This document shows, one piece after another, positions 1 through 46,404 of a stretch of 64,000 nt of DNA. Position numbers and translations under genes: made by a program. This DNA is from the human T2T-CHM13v2.0 reference genome, Homo sapiens: NCBI RefSeq assembly GCF_009914755.1, contig NC_060935.1, one strand, 5' to 3'. The notes under the pieces were generated by a model. It was given only the letters and a program-made list of their open reading frames with translations. It searched no databases and was not told the DNA's origin. The stretch's first letter is position 1. The number at the start of each line of letters is the position of its first letter.

Positions 1-296
1 ATGATGTCTTGCTCATCTCTGCTCCTGGACAAACCTCCTGGGGATCTATGTGTGTGTGGTTGTGTTCATTGATTCTTCTACCCTCAACCCCAAACCCCTA
101 AAAGGAACAACAATGGCAAGATGTCTACACAGGTGACTCAGCACACACCCTACTTTATACTGAAGCAGCTGCACCTGAGGCAGCAAAGTAGCTCTGCTGA
201 CCCGCGGGCCACCCTCACCTCACCCCATCTCCGCTTCGCTCATGCCTTTGGGTTATTCCTTGCTCCTATTTGTCTTAGAGCTACTCTTCCCTCTAA

Positions 297-620
<324 letters not shown>

Positions 621-1376
621 TAATAACCTCCCCCAGAAAATCCACATCTCTGGACTGCCAAAACCTGAATAGGACCTAGTGCTCTACTCTGGATGGGCCA
701 GGTGACATATTCCCTAAAGTAGCTCATGAAAGCTTTGAGGCTTGAAGGCAGCTACCAAAGCCCCGGCTAACACTGCAGGAGTCCTCCTCGCCTTCCCACT
801 GCTGCCAGCAGCCCCTGCTCACACACGTGCATATTCCTCGGTGTGGACGTATGTGCGCACATACACATGCGGGTACACACAATGCCCCAGCTGGTTGAAT
901 GCCACCATGCAGGGGATACACCCCTTTGGTTAAGCGAAACCACACTCTACCTTTTGCCCAGGGAGGTACCGTCTTGCCTCCATCACAAGCCTCAGGAGAC
1001 CCACTCCACTGCCAGGGGAGCGCTGCCAGTATGACTCACACTGACTGGGGTATGAAAATACATTTTGTCATCTAACAACCTCACTTCTGTACCTCAGCAA
1101 GAGTCGAAAAAGGTTGAGGGCAAAACTGAATTTCAAGTATACACACACAGTCTGTTACAAATCAGCAACATGCTTCAGCCGGCCCATCCTATACTGACCC
1201 CACCATGGGTTCCATAGAGATTTTAAGATACAATCCCTTGCTGCTTTATACTCCTAACATACTCATGAAATACACTTACTCGCATCTGTTTGCTGCCTGT
1301 AATGTTATGTACTAACTGCCTAAATGCTGAAGAACCTAGCTGAGACAGGTGTAGGAGGAAACTTCGGTGATGGTGA

Positions 1377-1736
<360 letters not shown>

Positions 1737-1924
1737 TGACCCTTTTCCCCCCATGCCCGCCCTTTGACTCCTAGTTTTATCCATTAACATCCAGAGGATG
1801 CATTAGCAATCCAAAATTTAAAGCATGCACGGTGACGTTCAGCTGCCCTCCCCAGAGGATGGGCTGATGCCTTTCACAGGCTCTGCTTGCTAAACTGTCC
1901 ACTGGAAACGTGGGCCCTGAAGTT

Positions 1925-2235
<311 letters not shown>

Positions 2236-2263
2236 TAAGCCTATACAACCAAAATTAAGCTGA

Positions 2264-2863
<600 letters not shown>

Positions 2864-3024
2864 AGAGCCATTTTTCTATGTGAAAAGGCCTTTCTATGCT
2901 AACGAAGTGTGGGAACTATGAGGCGGTGGTCACACATGGGCCACTTCGGTGGCCACAGGAGAACGGCTAGATTGCTTCTCAGGACGACCAACCACAAGAC
3001 CAACTTCTCTCTGTAATCCCCTAG

Positions 3025-3177
<153 letters not shown>

Positions 3178-3927
3178 TGAGACTTCAGTGAAGCTTTTCC
3201 TCCTAACTCTAAGCAGGACTGATGTGATTAACTTGCACCATCTGATGAGTGCCGACTACAGGCCAAATTCTGTGCAAGGTACTCTCATGCAGGGAAGGTA
3301 TCACTACCCTTATTTGCAAACAAGGGGAATGAGGCTTTTCAAAGTTTAATGACCTGAGGGCTTTTCAAAGTCATAGTAACCTGAGGGACCCAGGTTTCAA
3401 ATGCAGGTCTCACAGATTTTAAGCCTATGGTGTGGTGGGGAATACTGAAATGGGAATCAGTACTGGATGGCAGTCCCCACGTAAAGGGTTCATTCTGGAC
3501 CCATCATCTTATTTCCAGACCTGCCCTCCCTGCTTCCCAGAAATGATGTGACAGTCAAAAAATAAACCAGAGCAGAATGTTAAGACAAACTGCACTCCAC
3601 CCCTCACTGAAGGCTCCTTAGAGGTATATAGATAACAGCTATGGACTCCTATGCACTTGCTGCGCCCCAGGCCCAGTGGAAAGCAGCTACACTCTATTAT
3701 CCCATTTAATCTTCACTGCTTTATGAAGTATGCACTGTTATTTTTTACAGGTGGAGAAAACAAGGCTTCAAAAAGCTGAGTAACTTGACCAAGGTCACCC
3801 CACTAATAAATGGCAGAGCCTCTCAGTGCAAGGGTGAATTTTAGCAAATGGTATTACCAGTTCTATTTGCTGTTCGGCTGCCTCTACCTTTTCTTCTAGG
3901 TCATTTCTCTAGATCCCAAGCAGAATA

Positions 3928-3970
3928 TTAGGTTGGTGCAAAAGTAACGGTGATTTTTGCCATTATTTCA
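3928..3970. mobile_element. Half MADE1 (Hsmar1/mariner MITE)
   Basis: TTAGGTTGGTGCAAAAGTAA...TTTTTGCCATTA matches one arm of MADE1. Confidence 0.8.
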
Positions 3971-4283
3971 TCCAGAAAGAGTTCCACACGGACCAAAGAG
4001 AAGGGAGCTCAAGTCAGTTTCTTTTAGTTCTCCTGCCCAGCCACTGAAACAGTAAACCAAGATAGGCAAGACCTTGGCCTCAATTATGACATTCAGTAGT
4101 TTCCACCATCGCCCCTTTATCTACTGATGAATATTTCCTAAGAAGTCTAGTTTATAGACATGTAATCACAGTATTTGATAGAAATATAAAGAAAATAGTT
4201 TAAGAATCAGTAGATGCCTTCACATCCTTGGTAATGGATTAAGGGAATCTCTGGCTAATTGGCTCTTACTCTTTCTCTATTAA

Positions 4284-4397
<114 letters not shown>

Positions 4398-5265
4398 GCC
4401 GAGATGCGGAGGGCGCAGATGTCCCACTGCACAGCTGGAATGAATGGAGTTCATCCCCTCCACCTGAATGCCTGCTGTGGTCTGATCTTAAGGGTCTATA
4501 TATTTGCACCTCCTCATTCAACACAGGGCTGGAGGTTCTACAACAGGAAATCAGGCCTACAGCATCCTGTGTATCTTGCAGTTGGGATTTTTAAACATAC
4601 TATAAAGTCTGTGTTGGTATAGTACCCTTCATAAGGAAAAATGAAGTAATGCCTATAAGTAGCAGGCCTTTGTGCCTCAGTGTGAAGAGAAATCAAGAGA
4701 TGCTAAAAGCTTTACAATGGAAGTGGCCTCATGGATGAATCCGGGGTATGAGCCCAGGAGAACGTGCTGCTTTTGGTAACTTATCCCTTTTTCTCTTAAG
4801 AAAGCAGGTACTTTCTTATTAGAAATATGTTAGAATGTGTAAGCAAACGACAGTGCCTTTAGAATTACAATTCTAACTTACATATTTTTTGAAAGTAAAA
4901 TAATTCACAAGCTTTGGTATTTTAAAATTATTGTTAAACATATCATAACTAATCATACCAGGGTACTGCAATACCACTGTTTATAAGTGACAAAATTAGG
5001 CCAAAGGTGATTTTTTTTTAAATCAGGAAGCTGGTTACTGGCTCTACTGAGAGTTGGAGCCCTGATGTTCTGATTCTTCAAAGTCACCCTAAAAGAAGAT
5101 CTGACAGGAAAGCTGTATAATGAGATAGAAAAACATCAGGTATGGAAGGCTTTCAGTTTTAATATGGCTGAAAGCAAAGGATAACGAATTCAGAATTAGT
5201 AATGTAAAATCTTGATACCCTAATCTTGCTTCTGGATCTGTTCTTTTTTTAAAAAAACTTCCTTC

Positions 5266-5545
5266 ACCGCGCCTATAATCCTAGCACTTTGGGAGGCCGA
5301 GGCAGGCAGATCACGGGGTCAGGAGATCAAGACCATCCTGGCTAACATGGTGAAACCCCGTCTCTACTGAAAATACAAAAAATTAGCCGGGTGTGGTGGC
5401 GGGCGCCTGTAGTTCCAGCTACTCGGGAGGCTGAGGCAAGAGAATGGCATGAACCCGGTAGGGGAGCTTGCAGTGAGCCCAGATCATGCCACTGTACTCC
5501 AGCCTAGGTGACAGAGCAAGACTCTGTCTCAAAAACAAGCAAACA
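5266..5545 (+). mobile_element. 5'-truncated AluY in the TMEM45B 3' UTR
   Basis: AluY-type body; TSD acttccttca on both sides. Confidence 0.88.
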
Positions 5546-5566
5546 GACTTCCTTCAACAAATATTT

Positions 5567-5572
5567 ATTAAA
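5567..5572 (+). terminator. Probable TMEM45B poly(A) signal ATTAAA
   Basis: Common variant hexamer just past the UTR Alu. Confidence 0.55.
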
Positions 5573-6012
5573 TATCCACTTTGCAACAGCATTGAAATGG
5601 CTGTAAGGACTCCTGAGATATGTGTCCAGCAAGGAGTTTACAGTCAAACAGGAGAGACATGCCTGTAGTTACATCCAGTGTGATGGGTGCTGAGAGGCAA
5701 GTACAAACCACGATGAGAAAAAGGAGAGGAGGGGAAATGCAGAGCTTGCCCTGTAGAAAAAGCACATCCCAGGTAGAGAGGGTAGCACATTAAAAAATGA
5801 AAGCATAAAAAAATACGGAGAACTTAAAAAGATTAAGTTCTACAAACTGATAAAAGTGAGTTAGGACCAAGTTGATGGGCCTTAGAGACCAAATAATACT
5901 TTCCGTGTGCATAGTATTTTTCAGATTCTGAGATGCACCCTATCTCATTTGATTCTCACAACCGCTTGTAATGTGTAAGAGCATGAGGTCTTTCAGAAAA
6001 GCTGGCTGGCCT

Positions 6013-6303
6013 AGCAGGGCGCGGTGGCTCACGCCTGTAATCCCAGCACTTTTGGAGGCCGAGGCGGGTGGATCATGAGGTCAAGAGATCGAGACCATCC
6101 TGGCCAACATGGTGAAACCCTGTCTCTACTAAAAATATAAAAATTAGCTTGGTGTGGTGGTGAGCACCTGTAGTCCCAGCTACTTGGGAGGCTGAGGCAG
6201 GAGAATCACTTGAACCCAGTAGGCGGAGGTTGCACAGTGAGCCGAGATTATGCCACTGCACTCCAATCTGGCAACAGAGTGAGACTCCATCTCAAAAAAA
6301 AAG
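6013..6303 (+). mobile_element. AluSc-like
   Basis: Alu consensus with A tail. Confidence 0.88.
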
Positions 6304-6479
6304 AAAAGTTGGCTGGCCTAAGACCACACAGATGCTAGGTGGCAAAGCCAGTCTTATGACTCCAAAACCAGGCATCTGTCTCACCATTCTAACCCTGCTA
6401 CGTCACACAAATCCAGGAGAGAGAATTTACATAAAGCACTGCATGCGCTTTGGAAGAAATGCTGTACTTAATTAAGTGA

Positions 6480-7080
6480 AGGTAACCTCCCAGAGTTAGC
6501 CAGCCTTTCAGAGTTGAAGTCACAGCTTAGGGATTCAAAATGAGCTACTAAAAACACTAATTTAGTTATTAGAGAACTCCGGGTTCCACTTTCAGGATCC
6601 ACCTTGGTTGGCCAGTGGAAAAACACAAGTATTCTTCATTCAACAAGTACTGAAGGACCTATTATTGGCAATGAACGTAACATGTGTTCTTTCCTTGGGG
6701 ACTGCAGGTGGGCAGAAGGACCTGTTCAGTTTTACTTTCAAAGAAAAGATCCACATTTGAGGCTTAAGTGTACCATATTTTAAGAAAGAAAATGTACTAT
6801 TTTCTCCAGAGTGAGGGGCTAAGGTGTGAAGAACAGATATAAAATATTAAAATGTATTCAGATGCCCTTCACACAGCAAGGCTTGTGATGCCTTCATGGA
6901 AGTGATCAACCCTATCATAAACATTGTTAGATGTGGTATTAAAGTATAAACTGATGACAGTACTATTCTCCACATCCTGTCTTAGATATGTTTTCTGAAT
7001 AATTTTACCCATATCTGTCAACCAGAGGCTCAATGGTTGCCACCAGAAGTCCTTTTGAAATTGTTCCCTACAAAACACCC
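6480..7080 (-). mobile_element. Ancient CR1/L3-like LINE RT fragment
   Basis: Minus-strand translation QPLSLWLTDMGKIIQK..LRQDVENSTVIS..FHEGITSLAV resembles CR1 RT RPVSLTSVPGKIMEQ..HLE.N.VI..FYE.VT.LVD. Confidence 0.45.
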
Positions 7081-7085
7081 ACCAT

Positions 7086-7393
<308 letters not shown>

Positions 7394-8264
7394 CACTCAC
7401 CATAGCTGTGCCATTCATCTATCAGAAACCTGAAGCCAGCATATGAAGGAAGCAAGTGTGGCACAAATCCTGGGCTGTCACCGTAAACAGCTCCAGTAGG
7501 AAGTTCCCATTCTCCGCTATTGCCATTCCACCCACAGGCTGGATAGTGCCGAAGTTACACTTCTGAGGAGTCAGCATCCTGACGCAGCCTAAACTTTACA
7601 CTCACTCCCTGCTCTCCAGAATGCACACGTCTGCCTGTGCAAAAACGACAAGCAGAGTCAGGTGACCTCAGCTAACAGGAATGTGGGCAGGGCTGCGGCT
7701 GAATGCCAGAGCTACTTTTATTAAATTCCTTGTTAAGTAAATTCAAAAGGGGTTTGTTTGTAGCTGGCAGTAAATACCTAAGACAAGATCTCTGGAATTT
7801 CTACCTTTTTTTTTTTTTTAATTTAAAAACTGTCACATGGCTTTCTATGTGAAATGTGATTCTTGAAAATAACAGATACGCAAATATCAAAGGATTATCA
7901 AACGCAGACACACTCGCCTTTCTCAGGTGGAAAGGCCCATTTCCCCGCACTGCATCCTACCTCTCCCCACTGCCAACCTCATCCCGTGCCAGTCTACTTG
8001 TCCATCACAAGCTCAACCTGGGAGGCCCATTCACCTCTGCTCTCTGCAATGCAGGCCTCCCACCTCCTAAGACTGGATCGCCCCCAGGCTCGCCAGGATA
8101 CATCACAGCCCTCCTGCCCGGAGGAAGGCAACAGAGAGAGACTTGACTTAGAATCAGAAGCTTCTCTTTAACTTCAACTCAGACTCATGTCTTCCAACGG
8201 TTAAAGGGGAATGATGACACTGATTTTACAAAATTGCTCTAAGAATTAAACAAAATGTCTGTGA

Positions 8265-8763
<499 letters not shown>

Positions 8764-8921
8764 TCACCTCAGAAAGCCTTTACCACTCACTGCTGCCCCA
8801 AAACAAGAGATGCATATATTGTTGACAACCAGTGCTTGAATTAATTACATTTTAAAATATCGTCCTGAGCTCTGCCTGTAGCTGAGAGGCTGAGAAGCGT
8901 GAAATAGCCAGGATTAAATGA

Positions 8922-9552
<631 letters not shown>

Positions 9553-10429
9553 CTCTGGAGCAGAGCAGAAGGTATACTCTGAACTGCAACAAAGTTTCTG
9601 CTGCAAAAGCAGCACCTCTGCTGTCCGTCCCCTCCTCTCTGTCCACTGGCTCTGGACGTCCATGTGAACAGGCTTGCCAAGAAGGACAAAGTGGGCAGGT
9701 AAAGCTGGGGGGGGCGGCCACAATCAAGATCCCAACACCCCTATCTTTAAGAGGCAGTGCCAAGCGAATCCCATTTCAGGGGACCCACTCTACCTCGCTG
9801 CCTACGATGAATTCCCATCTTACAGCCTCTCGATTACTATGCAGTTACCAAGCTGGCTACCACCTTACTAAGATTCTTGCCATTTTCTCATTCTAGTCAA
9901 AAAAGTAAGTCATCGGTTTAGTGGAGGGGGCAGCTAAAGCCCAAGTTTGTATTTGAGAAAGATGTACAACAGGTTCTTTAAAAAAATAAATTACATAAAA
10001 TTTTCTGGACACAAAACTCCTATCCAGACCACTAGTCATGGAGAAGACCAGAAGCCAAAAAATACAATCCTCATGGAGAACCAGCCTATTCGCTGTGTGC
10101 ACTCTGCAACTGGTAAGCCTTCCCTGGGGGTCTTACTCTCAGAACTCTGGCTTGTTGGACGTAACTGGTAATTCCTGCAATTTCAACAGAATATTCTCCT
10201 AGATTGGTAGAGAGCAGACCTTGGAACCCTGGAGTGAACCTTTCTCAGGGTGCTCCACTATGGCACGTGGCAGCAGAATCCAGGCCACGAATCCAGGCCA
10301 CCGTTGCCATCACCCCTCGCCTGGCTGCCTTGAACAGGCAAGCTTAAAACAATGATGCAACCTCCCTGGTCCCTTCTCAGCCAGGACAGACCAGGCATGG
10401 TCTTTCACGGAAGCCATCCTCTCTCATAA

Positions 10430-38872
<28,443 letters not shown>

Positions 38873-39292
38873 TGTTTCTTCTCCACAGGTACTCTGGACA
38901 AAGACATGCATCTTGAGACAGAAAGGCAGAAATTCCAGGGATCTAGTTGATGCTAACACTCCTCCAGGAAAACATTCAACCTCCAGCCAGTTCTTACACC
39001 TTATCCTTGCACCCTAATTACAGCTAAACAGCTCTCCTCCCTCCCTTTCACCACAGCATTCCCACTGGAATTTTCAAGTCTTACCTGGAAGAGCTCTTTT
39101 CTCAGAATGCTCCTACAGTAACTCCTAAATTCATAAATTTCATATGCCTTCATTTTACAGATGAGTAAAATGAGACTGAGAATAAATGATAAACAGATCA
39201 CAATCTATAATTTACACTTCCCAGACCAATAATCACTCTCCCACAATGTAATTTCTGTAACAACTGTTTTTTAGCAATTAATTCTTTGTTGT

Positions 39293-39600
39293 TGGCTGGG
39301 TGCAGTAACTCACACCTACAATCTCAGTACTTTGGGAGGTCCAGGCGGGCAGTCCCCTTGAATCCATGAGTTTGAGACCAGCCTAGCGAACATGGCAAAA
39401 CCCCTTCTCTACAAAAAAAAAAAAAAAAAAAAAAAAATCAGCCAGGCGTGGTGGCGCACGCCTGTAGTCCCAGCTACTCAGAAGGCTGAGGTGGGAGGAT
39501 CGCTTGAACACGAGATGCAGAGGGTACAATAAGCCGTGATCACGCTACTGCACTCCAGCCTGGGCAACAGAGACCCTGTCTCAAAAAAAAAAAAAAAGGA
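39293..39600 (+). mobile_element. AluJ with expanded middle A-tract
   Basis: Alu consensus. Confidence 0.85.
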
Positions 39601-40385
39601 AAGGAAAAAGAGAAAGAATATTGTTTGTTGTTCTTTCACAAAAGAAAATTTGCTGAAAATCAACATACACTAGTAAAATGCAAATGCTAACAGTCACTTT
39701 ATGAGGGCCTATTAAAAGCCAGGCCTTTCACATATCTCATTTAATTCCTACAACTGTGCAAAGTAAGGTCATGGGTTATTACATCGGAATTAAAACTGAA
39801 AATCAGAGTAGGTCAGTAACTTGCCCAACCCCAGAGGCAGTACTGAAACTCAGGTCTACCTGCCTGCAAACCCATGTGCTTAATGCTACACACAATACCT
39901 GTTGTATAACCTCGCAACATTTAAATAATAAAAACGAACCTTACTGATATGACTTTATTAGTCCATATAAATTCCTGAGGTTCCACACACCTGACCATAA
40001 CCACCAGTAAAGTCAATGGCCAATCTGCCTTTAGTTGGTCCATTTGATCCGTATAATCATGTAAATTAATGCTACTTTTCTCCTTCGTGTAATAACAGAA
40101 CACTGCTGATCACCTTCAGAAAACTACATACCACAACATTTTCAGACTGATGGCTGGGATTAGGGGTCAAGTTGATAGCACAGGACTGCACAATGCTAAC
40201 AGGACCACAGGGAGCTTAAACTCAATCACTCTACCAACATTTACTAAATCCATCCTTTCCAGCTCCTATTCCTACAAAGTGGGCTAAAAAGCATACTAAA
40301 ATGAAAAGAAAAAAGGATGTTAACAGTCAAAACACCAGAATTCCATATTCCACATTCCACAAACACCACATTCCACAAATCTTAC

Positions 40386-40465
40386 CACGCCAGGTGTCAA
40401 TTTCCTTATTTGAGGAAGGGAAGCTGGACCAGGTCCTCCCTCCCGTTATTTCCAATTCTGGAATC
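40386..40465 (-). other. NFRKB: NFRKB non-coding 5' UTR exon 2 (80 nt)
   Basis: attgcag acceptor and GTG|gtaag donor; no ATG inside. Confidence 0.7.
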
Positions 40466-41199
40466 CTGCAATGAATAATCTCTAGATGAGTGACAGTGTG
40501 AATTACGTAATACAGGTACTTTTCTTTTCCAAAATTCTCCAATGATAAAGAACAGTTCTAGAATAACTATATGTAAAATGAAGCATGTTCCACTAAATTA
40601 TTTCAAGCTCCCTTGAAGAGATTTCAGATCCATGTAAAGATATAGCAGAAACTTAAGTGTTGAGTCAAGTCACGTGGGTGGTCCCCAAGCAACTGTGCCT
40701 CCTCATCACCCTTCAGCACATGGTGAAATGACATCCTCATCATGCCTATGCCTAAATAAGTGAAGCGGGTGAGACAGCACATAGCATGTGAGTTTAACAA
40801 AACTTCAAAATAGCACCAAAAAAAAATTGCAGAAGCAACCTGATGCTCAGAATAAAACCTTCTTAACAGAACTGGCATAGAACAGACTATCAACTGCAAA
40901 GTCAGTGTCCTACCTGCCTCTTAGGAGGTCTCTATACAACTTGCTCACAAGTTTCTTCAGTGACGGTGCGTGTCTAGCTAAAGTTAATCTAGTCCAGTGA
41001 CAACCTTTGCTCTGCCACTATTCTGAACAGAATCTCAAAATACCAAAACCAGGCAGCTGCCAGGGAGTTGGACCCCGGAAGCCAGGGATTTCCAGATCTT
41101 CGGGCGTTCTGAACCTCTTCACTAGACCACGAAGGCCTCTCGGCCTCTCATCACTGGCTTTCAGCACCTGGTCTAACTTTCCCCGCTGGACCCTCCCCA

Positions 41200-41900
41200 A
41201 CGCAGAAGCTAAACCCTCGGGTCCTTCCAGAGCAACCGCCGGCTCCAAAGCCCTCAACTCTGCAGCAAATTCCCCTCCGGTGCCAGCCCGGCTGGCCCAA
41301 GGCCCGGGTCCAATCCTCAGAACTGCACGGCTCGGCCCCGCCCCTCCCCCACGCCGTGCCTAACCCTAACCCCCAGCCTCACGCGTCGCACCGCTCCCCA
41401 CGCCCCGCTCCCGCTCCCCACGCCCACACGGGCAGCGACCTCGCGGACCCAGCCGCCCGCTCCCGCTCCCTCCACTCCCAGGAGACACTTCAACCCTTTC
41501 GCCGCCCCTTGCCCGCCCTCACCTGAACCGCGGGCGCCGGCCCCCTAACCCGCAGCCCTTCTCCGGCCGCGGGCTCCCAGACGCGCTCGCTCCCGCAAGG
41601 AGTCTGGGTGCGCGCACGCTCTGGGCCTGCGCGGCGGAAGGGGCGGGGCAGCGCGGGGCGGGGCCTGGAGGGTGCCGGGGCGGGGCCACAGCGGGCGGGT
41701 CCTGGAGCGGCTCGGGAGAGCGGAGGGTCGGCGAGGGTGCCTGCGCGCGGCTGGGCCTGGGGATGCAGGTTCCAGCCTGCTTGCGCGTCTCACCTGATTT
41801 AGGAGCTTCCAGAGGCCCCAGACAGTGCCTGTCTTTGCCTGACCGCGAATCAAAGTTCCATAGCCCGTGAGCGAAGGCACGTCTATTAGCTGACGTTTGC
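41200..41900. promoter_or_regulatory. CpG island / NFRKB promoter
   Basis: Very high GC and CpG content; several GGGGCGGGG Sp/KLF boxes at ~41640-41685, ETS-like CGGAAG at ~41635, NRF1-like TGCGCGCA at ~41609. Confidence 0.9.
41523..41605 (-). other. NFRKB: NFRKB non-coding exon 1 (TSS approximate)
   Basis: CAG|gtgagg donor at 41522 inside the CpG island, just downstream of the GC boxes. Confidence 0.7.
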
Positions 41901-42529
41901 AGAGAGCATACCCTGCCCCAGGCCCTATGCTAAGCACTTTCTACCCACCGTCTTTGTGCTGCAGCCCTGTGAGCTATGCACTATTAGTGCCCATTTTACA
42001 GTTGAGGACATGAGTAGAACGCGACCTCAGCCTGTGCTTCCGAGTTCCTTCATTCCTCCTTCCCGTCCCCGGGCCCTCGATGTCCAGAAAGAATGTAAAC
42101 ACATCGAAGGATCACATTTTAAAGTTAAACTCCATCATTTTCCTCTTCTTAGATATGAAGGCCCCTTTCCTGTTATTCACTGGGTTTTGCTTAGTACGGC
42201 TTCACACTACTTATTCCAGGTACTCCCAGCAGTGGCGCAGAGACCATCCTCAGTTCTGTGTGTGGATGGGACCAGAGAAGCCGGCCGGCCGAGCTAATGT
42301 TCTTCCCTTCCTGGAAGAGAGTAGTTTCCAAACAACCCGATCTCTGTTCCTCTACTGGCTCCACATATGCTCTAAGTTCCTGTTACACTGTTGAGAGGCT
42401 CTTGAATTAGAAACTATCGAGTATAAATGGCAGTGGAATATCACTCTATAGTTGTCACCGATATTTCCCTTACCTTGAGATTGTGACAAGACCAGAAAGA
42501 GAAAAAGAGTAAAAACAATGTAAACTATA

Positions 42530-45715
<3,186 letters not shown>

Positions 45716-45760
45716 CAAAGAAAAAAAAATAGCTCTTGTAGCTTCACACATACAAACATG

Positions 45761-45782
45761 TTTATTAAAAAATATATTTATT
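45761..45782 (-). terminator. Tandem AATAAA poly(A) signals of PRDM10
   Basis: TTTATT at 45761-45766 and 45777-45782; GT/T-rich sequence downstream on the minus strand. Confidence 0.8.
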
Positions 45783-46374
45783 AATTTTTACACCTGCTGC
45801 ATAGCACAAGACTATTAACACTATAACTCACTGAATGTACAATAAATGTTCACATTTAAATAACAGGATAGGGTCAACATTTTCAACCAGTGGGTCAGCT
45901 TTAGCATCTCATGAAGTGCTTTTTAGACCTAGATATCTTAAGAGTTTTTTTGAAAGGATACTTCCAAGTCAGAAAACAAGAAGATCAAAACAATAGGTTT
46001 TTCCAGAATAACAGGAATTTTACATGATGAAATGTCTATTTCTGTCGGTACAAATCAACGATAAAAACAAAATCTACATCCAACCTACTCCAAAATACTC
46101 ACACTGGACTGAATGAAGTCTACAGTGTCAATGTGTCTTGAGAGAGGCCACAATATCCACACTGGCTACATACATGTTTTCCAAATTAAGTTTTCTGATG
46201 GCTCATCATTTGCCATCTCTTCAAATCCAGGTCCTTTTAAAAATCTATGACCTTGGAATGAATGTGCAGAATACCTGATCTGAAAGCCATGCGATTTGGC
46301 TCGACTGCCATCCGCATCTCTGGCTGATAATATACAAATTAGTTTTAGAGTCTTTATTTCACTTAAGGACCAAA

Positions 46375-46404
46375 GAAGAAGAAGAAGAAGAAGAAGAAGA
46401 AGAA
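46375..46404. repeat. (GAA)10 in the PRDM10 3' UTR
   Basis: Direct count. Confidence 0.95.

Larger units (their letters stand above)
4398..5595 (+). other. TMEM45B: TMEM45B 3' UTR (end approximate)
   Basis: Follows the stop codon; AT-rich; contains a sense Alu; ATTAAA at 5567-5572. Confidence 0.65.

Noticed and set aside
3331-3390. Imperfect ~27-bp tandem duplication
   Set aside because: Degenerate and within MIR-like sequence; ordinary.
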